Origin: Octopus bimaculoides
Taxonomy: Eukaryota
Length of the DNA stretch: 38,304 nt
Assembly: GCF_001194135.2 (NCBI RefSeq)
Contig: NC_068991.1
Location: forward strand, 74,661,457 to 74,699,760
Reading direction: 5' to 3'
The translations under genes and the position numbers were made by a program. Below are positions 1 to 10,529 of this stretch, in pieces (positions within the stretch are counted from its first letter, which is position 1; each line of letters opens with the position of its first letter). A model generated the notes under the pieces. That model saw only the letters and a list, made by a program, of their open reading frames with translations. It made no database searches and was not told the DNA's origin.

Positions 1-598
1 ATTGCAGCTTCGTGTTCCATAGGGACATATTATACTTTAAAAAATCTGAAATCACAGGAGAAATTTTGAAAATGTCCAGCGATTTCAGAATCCACGAATG
101 TGGTATGCTGTCAAAGGCTTTTTTATAATCAATCCACGAAGAGCTGAGATTTCTGCGCTTGTTATGGTAGTTCTCAAAGATCATGCGATTAATTAAGAGC
201 TGATCTTTGCATCCGTATGAGCCTCGTCTGCATCCTTTTTGTTTAGTGGGAAAGAGGTTATTCTCTTCCATAAACGTATATGTTTTCTCCACTAGAATAG
301 ATGTCAAAATCTTATAGGTAGTAGACAAACATGTTATAGGCCGGTACTTTTTTGGATCTTTGGTCTCGTTATTTTTCGGGAGGAGGTAAGTAATACCATT
401 TGCCATCCAATGGGGAGTTTTTTCTGGGTCTTTCATAATACTATTAAATAGTATTACTAAGATTTTGTGTGCGGACGAGAGTGATGAGAGCCAGAAATTT
501 GGTACTCTATCAGTACCAGGGGATTTCAACTTATGAGCCTTCGTTTGTGCCCTCCTTAGGTCAGCGACTGAGATGTCTTCCCATACCTGTTCTTGTAG
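1..598 (-). mobile_element. R4/Dong-clade non-LTR retrotransposon, reverse transcriptase region, open frame running off the window edge
   Basis: Manual translation 598 to 2 has no stop in 199 codons: ...KSPGTDRVPNFWL...KYRPITCLSTTYKILTSI...QKGCRRGSYGCKDQLLINRMI...WIDYKKAFDSIPHSWI. These are RT motifs typical of the R4 clade. The 5' end abuts (AAT)n. Confidence 0.85.
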
Positions 599-678
<80 letters not shown>

Positions 679-688
679 NNNNNNNNNN

Positions 689-747
<59 letters not shown>

Positions 748-794
748 GCCTTTGCACAGCTTCTAAGGCTGGAGATGTACTACGGTTTGAAAGG

Positions 795-876
<82 letters not shown>
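598..876. repeat. (TTA)n/(AAT)n microsatellite tracts 598-747 (10-N gap inside) and 795-876
   Basis: Direct reading. Explains the poly-Y/L/I ORFs in the track. Confidence 0.98.
748..794 (-). mobile_element. 47-nt 3' terminus of an R4/Dong-like element between two (AAT)n tracts
   Basis: Minus strand ...gtagtacatctccagccttagaagctgtgcaaaggc(aat)n is nearly identical to 8316-8351, which there follows the LLGTA.ILRKVL ORF end. Confidence 0.7.
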
Positions 877-877
<1 letters not shown>

Positions 878-1860
878 CGTTTCTGCGTGTTGTATTTTAG
901 CTGCTTCGTCTCTTCCTAGATATTTGTATGGGGGGTCTGTGGCCTAATTCTCTAATTTCTGTGTTTATATCAAGTGCAGCGTTTTCAGTGCTGAACAATT
1001 TGCCTCTCCTCAGGGTGACTCCAGCACATTTCTCCAACCCCATGGTCATTCCGATGTCATTGCTGAAACCCTGAACAATTTTGGGATAGTTTCTCTGTTC
1101 CATGGTGCTTTTATTGTAAAGTTTTAGGTCATTCATGTACAGGAGATGGTTTGCTATTTTTGTTTTTTTTAACCATAGCACCTATAACCCATGGTGGTTT
1201 CGTTTAACAAGTTTGTTAGCGGAGTCAGAGAAAGGCAGGAGGGTAGGAATGACAGTGAGTCTCCCTGAAAAATTCCTCTTCTTATGAATATAGGATAGAT
1301 TTTAGTAACTTGTGAGTCATTTTTTAATGTTATACTAGTTTTCCAGTTTGCCATTGCATGTTTAATATATTTTAGTAGTACGCTACCATATTGGTTTGGG
1401 GGAGATTCCAGTATCCATGAGTGTGGAACACCGTCGAATGTTTTCTGGTAATCAATCCAAGTCATGTTCAGATTTGTCTTTCTCCTCTTAGAGTCCTCTA
1501 TAATGGCTCAGCTTTTGTTGTTTTCCCGGTGCTTTATAAGCCGGTTATAGATGATTGATGTTAGGGTTTTGTAGAATGCTGATAGGCAAGTTATTGGTCT
1601 GCAATTTTGTGGGTGTACGATGTATTTGTTTTGGGGAATTAGGTTGGATTGTCCTTCCAGCATCCAGTTTGGTGTTGATTCTGGCTCACTTATCAATAAA
1701 TTGAACGCTGCCGCTAAGTGGTTCTGTGTACTGGTGAGGCACTTCAACCAGAAGTTGGGGACCTTGCCTATCCCCAGAGTTTTCCAGTTGCTGGTACTCC
1801 TCAGTGTGTCCATGATCTCTTGGCCTGTGATTGTGGACCATATGCCTTTTCCCTACTAAT
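877..1860 (-). mobile_element. Degenerate R4/Dong-clade RT fragment (frameshifted)
   Basis: Track ORFs 1508..1813, 1169..1465 and 897..1181 give KVPNFWLK, CRPITCLSAFYK, WIDYQKTFDGVPHSWI, RRGIFQGDSLS, HLLYMNDLKLY (YMDD-type), MGLEKC. Confidence 0.88.
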
Positions 1861-1864
1861 CCAT

Positions 1865-2313
1865 ATTATTATAATTCGTATGATTTCAATTTTATTTCAT
1901 TTTCTGGTCGGGTTTCAGCCAGAAACCTAAGGCACATATTTATTAAAAGGAGAGAAACGTCCTGAGAAGAAGGTGAGCGATCGATGTCAACACATTTTTT
2001 AACCTCGTAGATTGTTGGTTTCCCTGGTATCAGGTCAAAATTTTGTCGGTAGCTATCTTGATCATTCCTAGGAAACCCACAACAACAGGAATGGTTGTGA
2101 TTTTTAATAGCCACGTCCTAGATATCTCAACCTCAAGGTCTTTGAATTTCGATAATTTTTCGAATTCTTTTGTTGAGATATTTCTGTCAGTAAGCATTAA
2201 CAGGCATGTTTTTTATCTTAGGTCTTTGATGATGATGTCTGGCCTGTTATCATTTATTTGCTTGTCTATGCATTCCATAATCCCACAGGATGGTAACATT
2301 CTCTCTCTCTCAA

Positions 2314-2355
<42 letters not shown>

Positions 2356-2735
2356 GACTGATTCTGGATGGTGTTCATACAAGTTCTTAGGGTGCAGAAT
2401 ATCATAATGACAACATATGCTCCAGTACAAATATTGGCCAACTCGATCATTCCTGGTTTTATATTCATTAAATGCAAGGACTGAGCTACCGGCAACAATG
2501 TGGTCAGTGCTCTCAATTCTGTCATCGCAGAGTCTACACTTTGTGTCTGCCCCATTGTGCGTGACATTAGCTTAATAGTCCGTGTGAGGAGACTCTACTA
2601 TTGTGCCGCTTGGATAAATCCTGTTTCACCTTCCAAACCAGTGCTCTGCAGTCACTGATGGATTCTTCTCATATCTACATCAGCTTTCCCAACTTGTTTG
2701 GAGTATTGCTCATGCAATGGTTCTTCTTGCCACAG
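1865..2735 (-). mobile_element. Degenerate R4/Dong-clade 3' portion: CCHC zinc-knuckle region, restriction-like endonuclease and 3' UTR
   Basis: Manual translation gives DTKCRLCDDRIESTDHIVAGS..EYKTRNDRVGQYLYWSICCHY..YEHHPESV, then ENVTILWD..DNRPDIIIKD..KEFEKLSKFKDLEVEISRTW..TIPVVVGFLG. Interrupted by a (GA)n expansion at about 2300-2353. Ends in a short ataataat tail. Confidence 0.82.
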
Positions 2736-2759
2736 TCACGGCATTTTTTTTTCATTCTT

Positions 2760-4780
2760 TCGAGATCGATAGAATAAGTACCAGCTGAATATTGAGGTTG
2801 ATGTAATCGACTTAGCCCCTCCCCCAAAATTTCTGGCTTTGTGTCAAACTTTGAAAACCGTTATTCTTATTAAAGCAAACTTTAATCCATGCTAACTGTA
2901 TTTTATCTCGTTAATAAAGATTATTTCGATTTAACCTTTTGTCTCTTTTCGTGTTTATCTTCGCATCGCGACGACAGGCTGGCAGAATCGGTGGAGCGTC
3001 AGAAGAAATGCCTTGCAGTATTTGTTGTGGCTCCTTACTTTTGTGAATTAAAATGCAGCCGGGATTAGCTTTGCTTTTCCTTCCTCCATTGTAAGAAAAA
3101 TAAGATACCAGTCAAATACTGGGGTCGATGCTATAAGCCAATCATCATCATCATCGTTTTCATCGTCTTCGTCATCACCATCATCATCACCATCATCATC
3201 ATCATCATCAATGTATTTAGAAGCTGTTAAATATAAGTCCGGTTCTAGAGTGACCGGACATATCTAACCGCTTGTAAAATACATGACTGCTCTATTCCTT
3301 AGAGCACACTTCTTCGGATATATGATCCACTGACTAGACGCATGTATATCTTTGTGTGTGTGTGTGTGTGTGTGTCCATCAGCGCTTGACAACCGTTGTT
3401 GGGGAGTCTTTAAGTCACCGTAACTTAGCTGATTGGCAAAAGAGAAGCCAATAGAATAAGTAGCAGGCTTTAAAAAATAAATCGTGGGGGATCGATTTGT
3501 TCGGCTAAAACACTTCAAAAAAGTGCTCCGGCATGGCCGCAATCAAATGGTTGAAACAAGTACAAGAATAGAATAAACATTGTTGAATATTTCTAGTACC
3601 AAGGGCAATAACTCGAGTATGAGTTACAATGGCTCAGAAGAGTTATTTACCTTGCAAAAAGAAATGCTATTTGACATTCGTAAAAATATGTTCATGAATA
3701 TGTTTGTCCTCCCAACATCGCTTGACGACCGATGTTTGTGTGTTTACGTCCCCGTAACTCAGCGGTTCGGCAAAAGAAGCCGATAGAAAAAGTACTAAGC
3801 TTACAAAGAATAAGTCCTGGGGTCGATTTGCTCGACTAAAGGCGTTGCTCCAGCATGGCCGCAGTCAAATGACTGAAACAAATAATAGAATAACAGAATA
3901 ACAGAATACCTGATTCCATAAGAACTTTCTATTTGCCATCCTCTTTGATTCCATCGATGTGAATGTATCATAACTGAATTAATTTTACCGTGACATTTAT
4001 TAAACTAACTACCGAGGTCGACTTTGCCGTTCATCCTATCGGAGTCGATAAAATAAGTAGCAGTTGAGCATTGGGGTCGATGTAATCGACTGACCCCATC
4101 TCCCGAAAATACTGGCCTTGAGCCAAGACTCGGACCAATGTGTGTTTGTGCGTGTGTGCATACGCAAGTACCAGTTGAGTACAGAGTTTGATGTAATTGA
4201 CCAATTCCCACCAAATTTTCAGGTCTTGTGTTTATAGCAGAAAGAATTATGTGATATGTTGGTATATTGGCAGAATCGTTAGAGTGATGGGTAAAGGGCC
4301 TTGCAGTACCTCTTCCAACTCTATTTCGTCTGTCATTACGTTGAGTTTAAATTCCGCCGAAATCGACTTTGCCTTTCATCCTTTCAGAGTCGATAAATCA
4401 AGTACCAGTTGCGTACTGGGATCGATCTAATCGATTGGCCCCCTCCCCCAAAATGTCGAGCCTTGTGCCTAGAGTAGAAAAGAAGTACTTCTTCCGGCTC
4501 TTTATGTTTTGTGTTCAATTCCCACCAGAGTCAACTTTGCCTTTCATCCCTCCAAGAACGATATGATAAAGGACCAACCAAATGCTAGGGTCGATGCAAT
4601 CGACAAACTCTCTCCCCTCAAAACTGATGGCGTTCGTTGATTAATCAGAAATTGTTATTATGGAAGAGAAAGAGGAAGTGGTGAGCTGGCAGAGCCGTTA
4701 GCACGCCGGGCAAGATGCTTAGCCACATTTCGTTCTAAGTTCAAATTCGTCTGAGGTCGACTTTGTCTTCTTTTCCTAAT
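2760..4780 (+). mobile_element. Dense cluster of tRNA-derived SINE fragments (about 8-9 pieces, two related families)
   Basis: Recurrent A-box-like gagctggcagaatcgttag, B-box-like gttcaaattcc, core gtcgactttgcctttcatcc...gtcgataaa..aagtaccagt, and tail ctccagcatggccgcagtcaaatgactgaaac (3350-3580, 3714-3905). Confidence 0.8.
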
Positions 4781-5034
4781 AGGAAATCTACACAGAAAAT
4801 CTACAAAGAAAAATAACCTTAAAAAAGCGATTTTTCTATACAATTATTGGTGACGTCACTGGATAACCAAAAAATAAAAAAGAAAGATAAGTATTCAATG
4901 ACGTTATGATTAATAGAAACTTCGTTACTTTACGTCACACCAATTAGTTATCTATTTACTCATTATGTTAAACCTTCTATAAGAATTAATCTTATATAAT
5001 ATTTGAAAAAATTATTATAATCAATGATTGAAAT

Positions 5035-5404
5035 ATTTGAATGTCTTTCTAAATTTATGGCAACATCTTATTGTAAAGCGTCCATTAAAATTCAATAAAA
5101 TTATTTTAGAAGTAATTGTATAATACATTTCTTCAAGGCAAAGATCACATGTAGAATTACCAATATTGTACGGTGGTGCATAACTAATAATAGACTACTT
5201 AAAATTATACTTAATGTTCTTATCCTTTAAACCCCATATTTGTAGAATTACTTTTTCTTCTATACTTAAATGAACGAGAATGATTATAAAATCCAGATTT
5301 CCAAATTGTAGCAGATGAACCAATGTAATAATATTTACGATTTCCAGTTATCACTTTTCTCTGATATACTATATTTTCCTTAAACAATTATTTTCTAAAG
5401 GGCA
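5035..5404 (-). mobile_element. Penelope-like element GIY-YIG endonuclease remnant
   Basis: Translation with frameshifts and one stop: CPLENNCL..NIVYQ..KYYYIG...FYNHSRSF...NST..IWGLKDKN.....IISYAPPYNIGNSTCDLCLEE. This is the Penelope GIY-YIG pattern (IVY..YIG..NH..SF..IW.LK..PY..C.LCL.E). Confidence 0.75.
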
Positions 5405-6194
5405 TACAACCCCTATGCGAAAATATTTTTAACTCTCTTATATACCATCACTACCTTCAACTAACTTTTTTTAGCCACGTGATAAACATTACATTAACTC
5501 ACGTCATGGACACATCTCTCTCCCTCTTTCCTTTCTCCTTCTTTTTCTCTAATTATGTGAAAGCATTACCGACGGGCTAAGTAATTAATGCAATAGAAAC
5601 AATTGTCAGATTTATAAGGTGAAATCTATAATAAAAACATAATTTTCTTTGTACGTATTTTTTGTTTTATACATTATATGTGTGTGTGTGTATTATCAAC
5701 AAGCTTTAATTCTGTACTTCTTTGCTTGTTTTTCTTCACTTATCAGGATGGAGTCTATTACAGCAAATGAATAAATTAAATACAACACTAGGTGTTTCGC
5801 TTGTTGTCTACACAACCTTTCATTTTACAAATAGCAGCAGCAGATGTAAACAATATATATTTGTGTGTGTATGCATGTGTGTGCATATGTGTACGTGCAC
5901 ATTTATATATGTATTCTATCATCTGGTATATGCAATAAAAGCAGTATTAAATTTTTAAATCCGTCTGCGTAGCATACTGAATGCAAACACATCGTTGACA
6001 GGAAATATACAGAGTTATTCATCCAAAGGTAACAGCGAAGGGTTAATAATGGGAAGGGTAACTAGCTGTAAAACTGATGTTTCAATAATATGTATTCACC
6101 TAACCCATGCTAGAGCAGAAAAACAGACATAAAAATAAAGAAACACACACACAAACAACAACAAAAATTATCAATGAGGAAATAAGAAATATCA

Positions 6195-6200
6195 TTTATT
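6195..6200 (-). terminator. Polyadenylation signal AATAAA of PQBP1
   Basis: + strand tttatt at 6195-6200, about 57 nt after the stop codon, followed on the minus strand by a U/GU-rich stretch (ttttgttgttgtttgtgtgtgtg). Confidence 0.6.
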
Positions 6201-6257
6201 AAATGTACACATGAAAAAAAAAAAACCTGCAAAGATTTTTTTTCCCCCCAACCTTCT

Positions 6258-6402
6258 TCAGTCTTCCACTAACTGTCGGTTCATACGAAGAACATCTCCA
6301 GGTGCTGGGTAAGGGCGTTGTTGGTACAAAGGACCAGAAGCTGTAACATCAGCGCCTGTCTTGGCTTCACCTCTCTTATCCAATCCAGTGGACCAAGTAC
6401 CC
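6258..6402 (-). CDS. PQBP1: PQBP1 last coding exon ([47 protein letters not shown])
   Basis: Acceptor cttaaAG| at 6404-6403, TGA at 6260-6258. Matches the human C-terminal domain GTWSTGL...[28 protein letters not shown], including the YxxPxxVL U5-15kD/TXNL4A-binding motif. The seven exons total 855 nt = 285 codons. Confidence 0.96.
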
Positions 6403-6699
6403 CTTTAAGAAGATCAAAGGAAAATGCAAACAAATGAATATACTTCAACAAAAAAAAAAACAAGAAAATGGTATAAAATTTTCATTAGAAAACCAAGGTT
6501 TACAGAGAAAAGCTATATATCATATAGGTAGGCATCAGTCAAGGTTCACTGTATCTGCACACGTATACAAGGTGAGGCAGATAAACCTCCCATATTTTAT
6601 ATGGCCATTGATGTGGGTCTAGTAATGTTAGACAGGTAGTAACATTGTCTTCATGTAACTAAAGTTTTACCGTTTTCCTTTCAAAGTTATCATCATGGT

Positions 6700-6990
6700 T
6701 TAGGTCAGCACATACTGTGTGTCCATTGGTGCCTTTGAGTGGCACATTGGGCAGTCAGTGATTGCCAATTACGTCCGCCTCTGGCCAACTGATATGCTTC
6801 TTTCCAGGTGATGTTCAGCCTGCATAGGCCTTCTTTGGCCGGCCCTTTTTTCCCCCTTCCAGCACCATCCAGCCCCATGCCTGTTCTGGCCCCTCTTAGA
6901 GTATACTGGGTTCATTTCTTTGTGGGACCAGCACAGCAAAGGTTGCATTGCTGGGGGCCTGAATCCCATACCAATTTTTTTACAGAGTGC
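6700..6990 (-). mobile_element. Possible highly decayed RTE-type ORF C-terminus in the last PQBP1 intron
   Basis: One frame reads ..VLEGGKKGRPKKAY.., resembling the RTE C-terminal EG.R.RGRP..W motif. Multiple stops. Confidence 0.35.
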
Positions 6991-7143
6991 ACTAAGTGAT
7001 TCTCTGTGCTTTACCACTTTCGCTAAAGGCTTGCTGCTTGTAAAGTAAAAGAGAACCGTTATGGAAGGATGGGAACGGATTTATTGTTGTGTGAGAACGG
7101 TAATTCAGAGAACAGAGGGAACAGTGTTGGGGTGGGAGTAATG

Positions 7144-7174
<31 letters not shown>

Positions 7175-7258
7175 GAGACAGGAAGGTTAAGAGTAATAAT
7201 AATGCTTCTCAAATTATTATCAGATATTTTGGGAACAGAAAAACTGTGAAACAAAGTT

Positions 7259-7622
7259 CATCATCATCATCATCATCATCATCGTTTAACGTCCGCTTTC
7301 CATGCTAGCATGGGTTGGACGATTTGACTGAGGACTGGTGAACCAGATGGCTACACCAGGCTCCAATCTGATTTGGCAGAGTTTCTACAGCTGGATGCCC
7401 TTCCTAACGCCAACCACTCAGAGAGTGTAGTGGGTGCTTTTACGTGCCACCGGCACGAAGGCCAGTCAGACGGTACTGGCAACAGCCACACTCAAAATGG
7501 TGTATTTTATGTGCCACCTGCACAGGAGCCAGTCCGGCGACACTGGCAACGACCTCGCTCAAATGTTTTTTCACGTGCCACCTGCACAAGTGCCGGGAAG
7601 GCGACGCTGGTAACGATCACAA
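7259..7622 (-). mobile_element. (GAT)n-tailed RTE-type 3' module, long copy with internal gtggcacgt subrepeats
   Basis: + strand (cat)n cgtttaacgtccgctttccatgctagcatgggttgg...ctggatgcccttcctaacgccaaccactc. The same module recurs at least 9 times in the window. Confidence 0.9.
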
Positions 7623-7660
7623 GACGCTGGAATATAAACACTGAAAAATAAAAACAAATT

Positions 7661-7870
7661 TTAACCCTTTTGATACTAACCCACCTGATACTGCCCCTGG
7701 TTTTATGATATAAACTTCATATTTGAAGTGATCAAAAGCTTCCATCAAAATGTCACGTTAATTTATATTCTAAGTATTAGCTTTAATGATGACAGAGTCA
7801 TTTAATTAAATGTTTTCATTATTTTCAAAATAAATTACAACAAAAGTAGGGTGTTGCAACAAGAATATCA
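7661..7870. mobile_element. Degenerate copy of the TTAA-flanked MITE family
   Basis: Starts ttaacccttttgatac and is colinear with 9397-9626. Right TIR eroded. Confidence 0.6.
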
Positions 7871-7902
7871 TAAAATTTTAAAAAGTGGGGTTATACACTG
7901 AC

Positions 7903-7960
7903 CGAGGAGCATTCGAGTAGGCTGCAGGATCCATCGGGTCGAGGTTAGACTGGCCACGAG
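7903..7960 (-). CDS. PQBP1: PQBP1 coding exon 6 (SRGQSNLDPMDPAAYSNAPR)
   Basis: Acceptor tttcttcaacAG|, donor CG|GTCAGT, 58 nt (phase 1 to 2). DPMDPAAYSNAPR matches human DPMDPSSYSDAPR. Confidence 0.95.
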
Positions 7961-8050
7961 CTGTTGAAGAAACATCATTTATAATATTGTTACATGTTCT
8001 AAGTGAGAGAGGAAAAACAAAACAAAACAAATGAGAACTAATTAATTAGC

Positions 8051-8223
8051 ATCATCATCATCATCGTTTAACGTCCATTTTCCATGCTGGCATGGGTTGG
8101 ATAGTTTGACTGAGGTCTGGAGAGCCAGCAGCAGCACCAGGCTCCAATCTGATCTGGTAATGTTTCTACAACTGGATGCCCTTCCTAACGCCAACAACTC
8201 CAAGAGTGTAGTGGGTGCTTTTT
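8051..8223 (-). mobile_element. (GAT)n-tailed RTE-type 3' module, 5'-truncated
   Basis: (cat)n cgtttaacgtccattttccatgc...gtgggtgctttt. Confidence 0.88.
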
Positions 8224-8378
8224 ACAGCACTGCTTGGAACTGCTTGAATACTCCGGAAGGTGCTCGAAAAATAAGAGGTGTTACCTTAATTCACTAGTAG
8301 TGAACAGCTGACACTGTAGTACATCTCCAGCGTTAGAAGCTGTGCAAAGGCAATGATGATGATAATAATAATAATAGT
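8224..8378 (+). mobile_element. R4/Dong-like 3' end: last codons, stop, 3' UTR and (AAT)n tail
   Basis: ACA GCA CTG CTT GGA ACT GCT TGA ATA CTC CGG AAG GTG CTC GAA AAA TAA = TALLGTA*ILRKVLEK*, the R4-clade ORF terminus LLGTA.ILRKVL. UTR end shared with 748-794, followed by aat/gat repeats. Confidence 0.72.
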
Positions 8379-8387
8379 AAGCTGTTT

Positions 8388-8590
8388 CTACTATAGGCAC
8401 ACAAAATGATATTTGGGGGAGAGAGATAGTCAATTACATCAACTCCAGTGTTTAACTGGTACTTAATTTATTTATTGACCCCAAAAGGCAAAGTCAACCT
8501 CAGTGGGATTTGAACTCAGAATGTAAAGATGGAAAGAATGCCATGAAGCATTCTGCTTGGTGTGCTAACGATTTTGCCAGCTCTCCACCT
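8388..8590 (-). mobile_element. tRNA-derived SINE (gtcgactttgcc family)
   Basis: Reverse complement has gagctggcaaaatcgttagcac, gagttcaaatccc and the ttgactttgcc core. Confidence 0.75.
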
Positions 8591-8646
8591 TATAGTAACA
8601 ACGATAATAACAACAAGAACAACATCAATATGGTTAAATGTCTCAC

Positions 8647-8743
8647 ATCTGGAATTCTTCCTGTTGTTCCTCTCAACTTTCTGTCTTTGTTCCTCTTCTG
8701 AAGAATCTTCATCCAATTCAGATCCGCTCAGATCCTCTTCCTC
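8647..8743 (-). CDS. PQBP1: PQBP1 coding exon 5 (EEEDLSGSELDEDSSEEEQRQKVERNNRKNSR), acidic then basic stretch
   Basis: Acceptor ttttgcttcttcAG|, donor T|GTGAGA, 97 nt (phase 0 to 1), in frame with neighbours. Confidence 0.85.
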
Positions 8744-9144
8744 CTGAAGAAGCAAAAAATAGAAATGGTAAGTTAGACAAAAACCTCATCACTGAATCAA
8801 TTAAGTAATTTTAGAGTTAGAGGGGAATATATATTTTTTTTTTAATAGTATCATTAGAGAGAGCAGTGCTCACGACACCTTTCAAAGGTTCTCAACAGTG
8901 GTTGGTGCAGTGGGGAAAAAAACCAAAAGAGCCAGAAACCACACCTCATTAGGCAGTTTGATACAACCACCTGGTCCTTGGATGCCTTTAGCAGAGAGGT
9001 GCACTCAGCTACAATCATTTGAACTAGGTTTCTGATTTAAGGATCTCTTCCTCCCAAAAGTCTCAGTGACACTATAAGGGGTGATGAACACTGCTGCAGA
9101 GTGCCCATTAAAATTTTGAGTTACCTGAAACCAGAGTGAACTCC

Positions 9145-9373
9145 TTAAACCCTTTTGATACCAACACAGCTGAAACCACCTCTCACTTTGTAGTAAAAAT
9201 GTCTTGTTTTGCAAAATTCTGAATTAAAATCTTCCACCAAACCTTAGTCACAATTTATATTCCTAACACTAGATTAATGACAACTAAGTTATTTTCCTAA
9301 ATTCTTTGTTATATTTAAAATTAATTGAAAGAAACAGAGCATCTCAACAGAAATATGGTAACAAAAGGGTTAA
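9145..9373. mobile_element. TTAA-flanked MITE (piggyBac-like ends CCCTTT...AAAGGG), copy A
   Basis: ttaaacccttttgatacc ... aaaagggttaa, about 229 bp. Confidence 0.8.
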
Positions 9374-9396
9374 AATATATAATAGAGAAACAATTC

Positions 9397-9626
9397 TTAA
9401 CCCTTTTGATACCAACCTGGCTGAAACTGCCTCTGGATCTATTGTACAAATGTCTTGTTTTCATAAGTTTTGAATAAAAATCTTCCACCAAACCTTAGTC
9501 ACAATTTATGTTCCAAACACTAGCTGAATGATAACTAAGTTATTTTACTGAATTCTTTGTTATATTTAAAATTAATTGAAAGAAATACAGAGCATCTCAA
9601 AATAAAAACAGTACCGAAAGGGTTAA
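9397..9626. mobile_element. TTAA-flanked MITE, copy B (tandem with copy A, 23 bp apart)
   Basis: TTAA|cccttttgatacc ... gaaaggg|TTAA. Confidence 0.85.
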
Positions 9627-9754
9627 GGGTACCCAGGGGTCAGTTAAACTGGGTCACAAACTAGGTTTATAAACCAAGAGGGCTAAAATAACTGTAGTTT
9701 TAAAGAATGAAAGTGAAAGTGGAATGGGTTTAATGAGGAAATAGTTGTACTTAC

Positions 9755-9822
9755 AACATCACTGTCATTACCCATTCCATCTGAATCTATTCCAGACTTA
9801 GGAGGAGTCGTTTTGTTTGTGT
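9755..9822 (-). CDS. PQBP1: PQBP1 coding exon 4 (DTNKTTPPKSGIDSDGMGNDSDV), low-complexity linker
   Basis: Acceptor ttttgttttcAG|, donor GTT|GTAAGT, 68 nt (phase 1 to 0). Phases fit exons 3 and 5 exactly. The peptide itself is not conserved, so support is from splice sites and phase. Confidence 0.8.
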
Positions 9823-10299
9823 CTGAAAACAAAAAAAAACAGAAGAAAATGTTCATATGGAGACATTGTTTTAAAACTCTTTTACTGGTTTCATTCACTG
9901 GAAATTTGGTCATCCTGAAAAGAAGTACATATTTTACTGCTGCCCTTTGACAGGGAGAAAAGACAAATTCAGCTGGGTATCACAGAAATGATGTTGAGAC
10001 AAACCAAGATATTTTTGTTTGTTCTATGCACCTACTGTGCCATCTCAGACCAAAATACATCCATATCTACATATATGTGTGTGCATGTTGTATGTGTCCA
10101 ACCCATGCCAGCTTGGAAAATGGACATCCCCGTTAAGGCTCACACTCTGCTACCATGCAGCATCAGATTCTGTACTCAAGCATCAGGCAATCTAGCCATC
10201 ACTGTGTGGTTAAGGTTATGAAGGCAAGAAAGATACCCAGTCAATCAAAAATCACTTGTGAGACACTTAAAATATCTGGTGGAGTAGGACACGGTTTGG

Positions 10300-10470
10300 T
10301 CACCTTCAAGCCATAGGAGAGAAGTTTAGGAACTTCTTTATGCTGATGACTTGGCTCTTAGAGCTGAATCTCTCGTAAAATTAGAAAAGAAATTCTAGAT
10401 ATATGGTAAAACAAAAAAAAAAAACCAGAAACCAAGAGGCATATAGGTGAATTTTATCAAAGACTAAAGT
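10300..10470 (+). mobile_element. Decayed RTE-clade RT fragment (YADD motif)
   Basis: gaacttctttatgctgatgacttggctcttagagctgaatct = ELLYADDLALRAES, then ..VN.SKTKV. Confidence 0.7.
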
Positions 10471-10529
10471 ATGCTAACTCTATCCTACACCAACCCATAA
10501 AAAGCTGGCATAGAGTAACAATGATCATA

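Noticed and set aside
469-947. Track ORFs with poly-Tyr/Ile/Leu runs
   Set aside because: They are translations of (TTA)n microsatellites across an N gap, antisense to retrotransposon sequence.
3238-3259. Small hairpin gtccggt-tctagagtg-accggac as a Helitron 3' end or terminator
   Set aside because: Only a 7-bp stem, no following CTRR terminus in the expected position, single occurrence.
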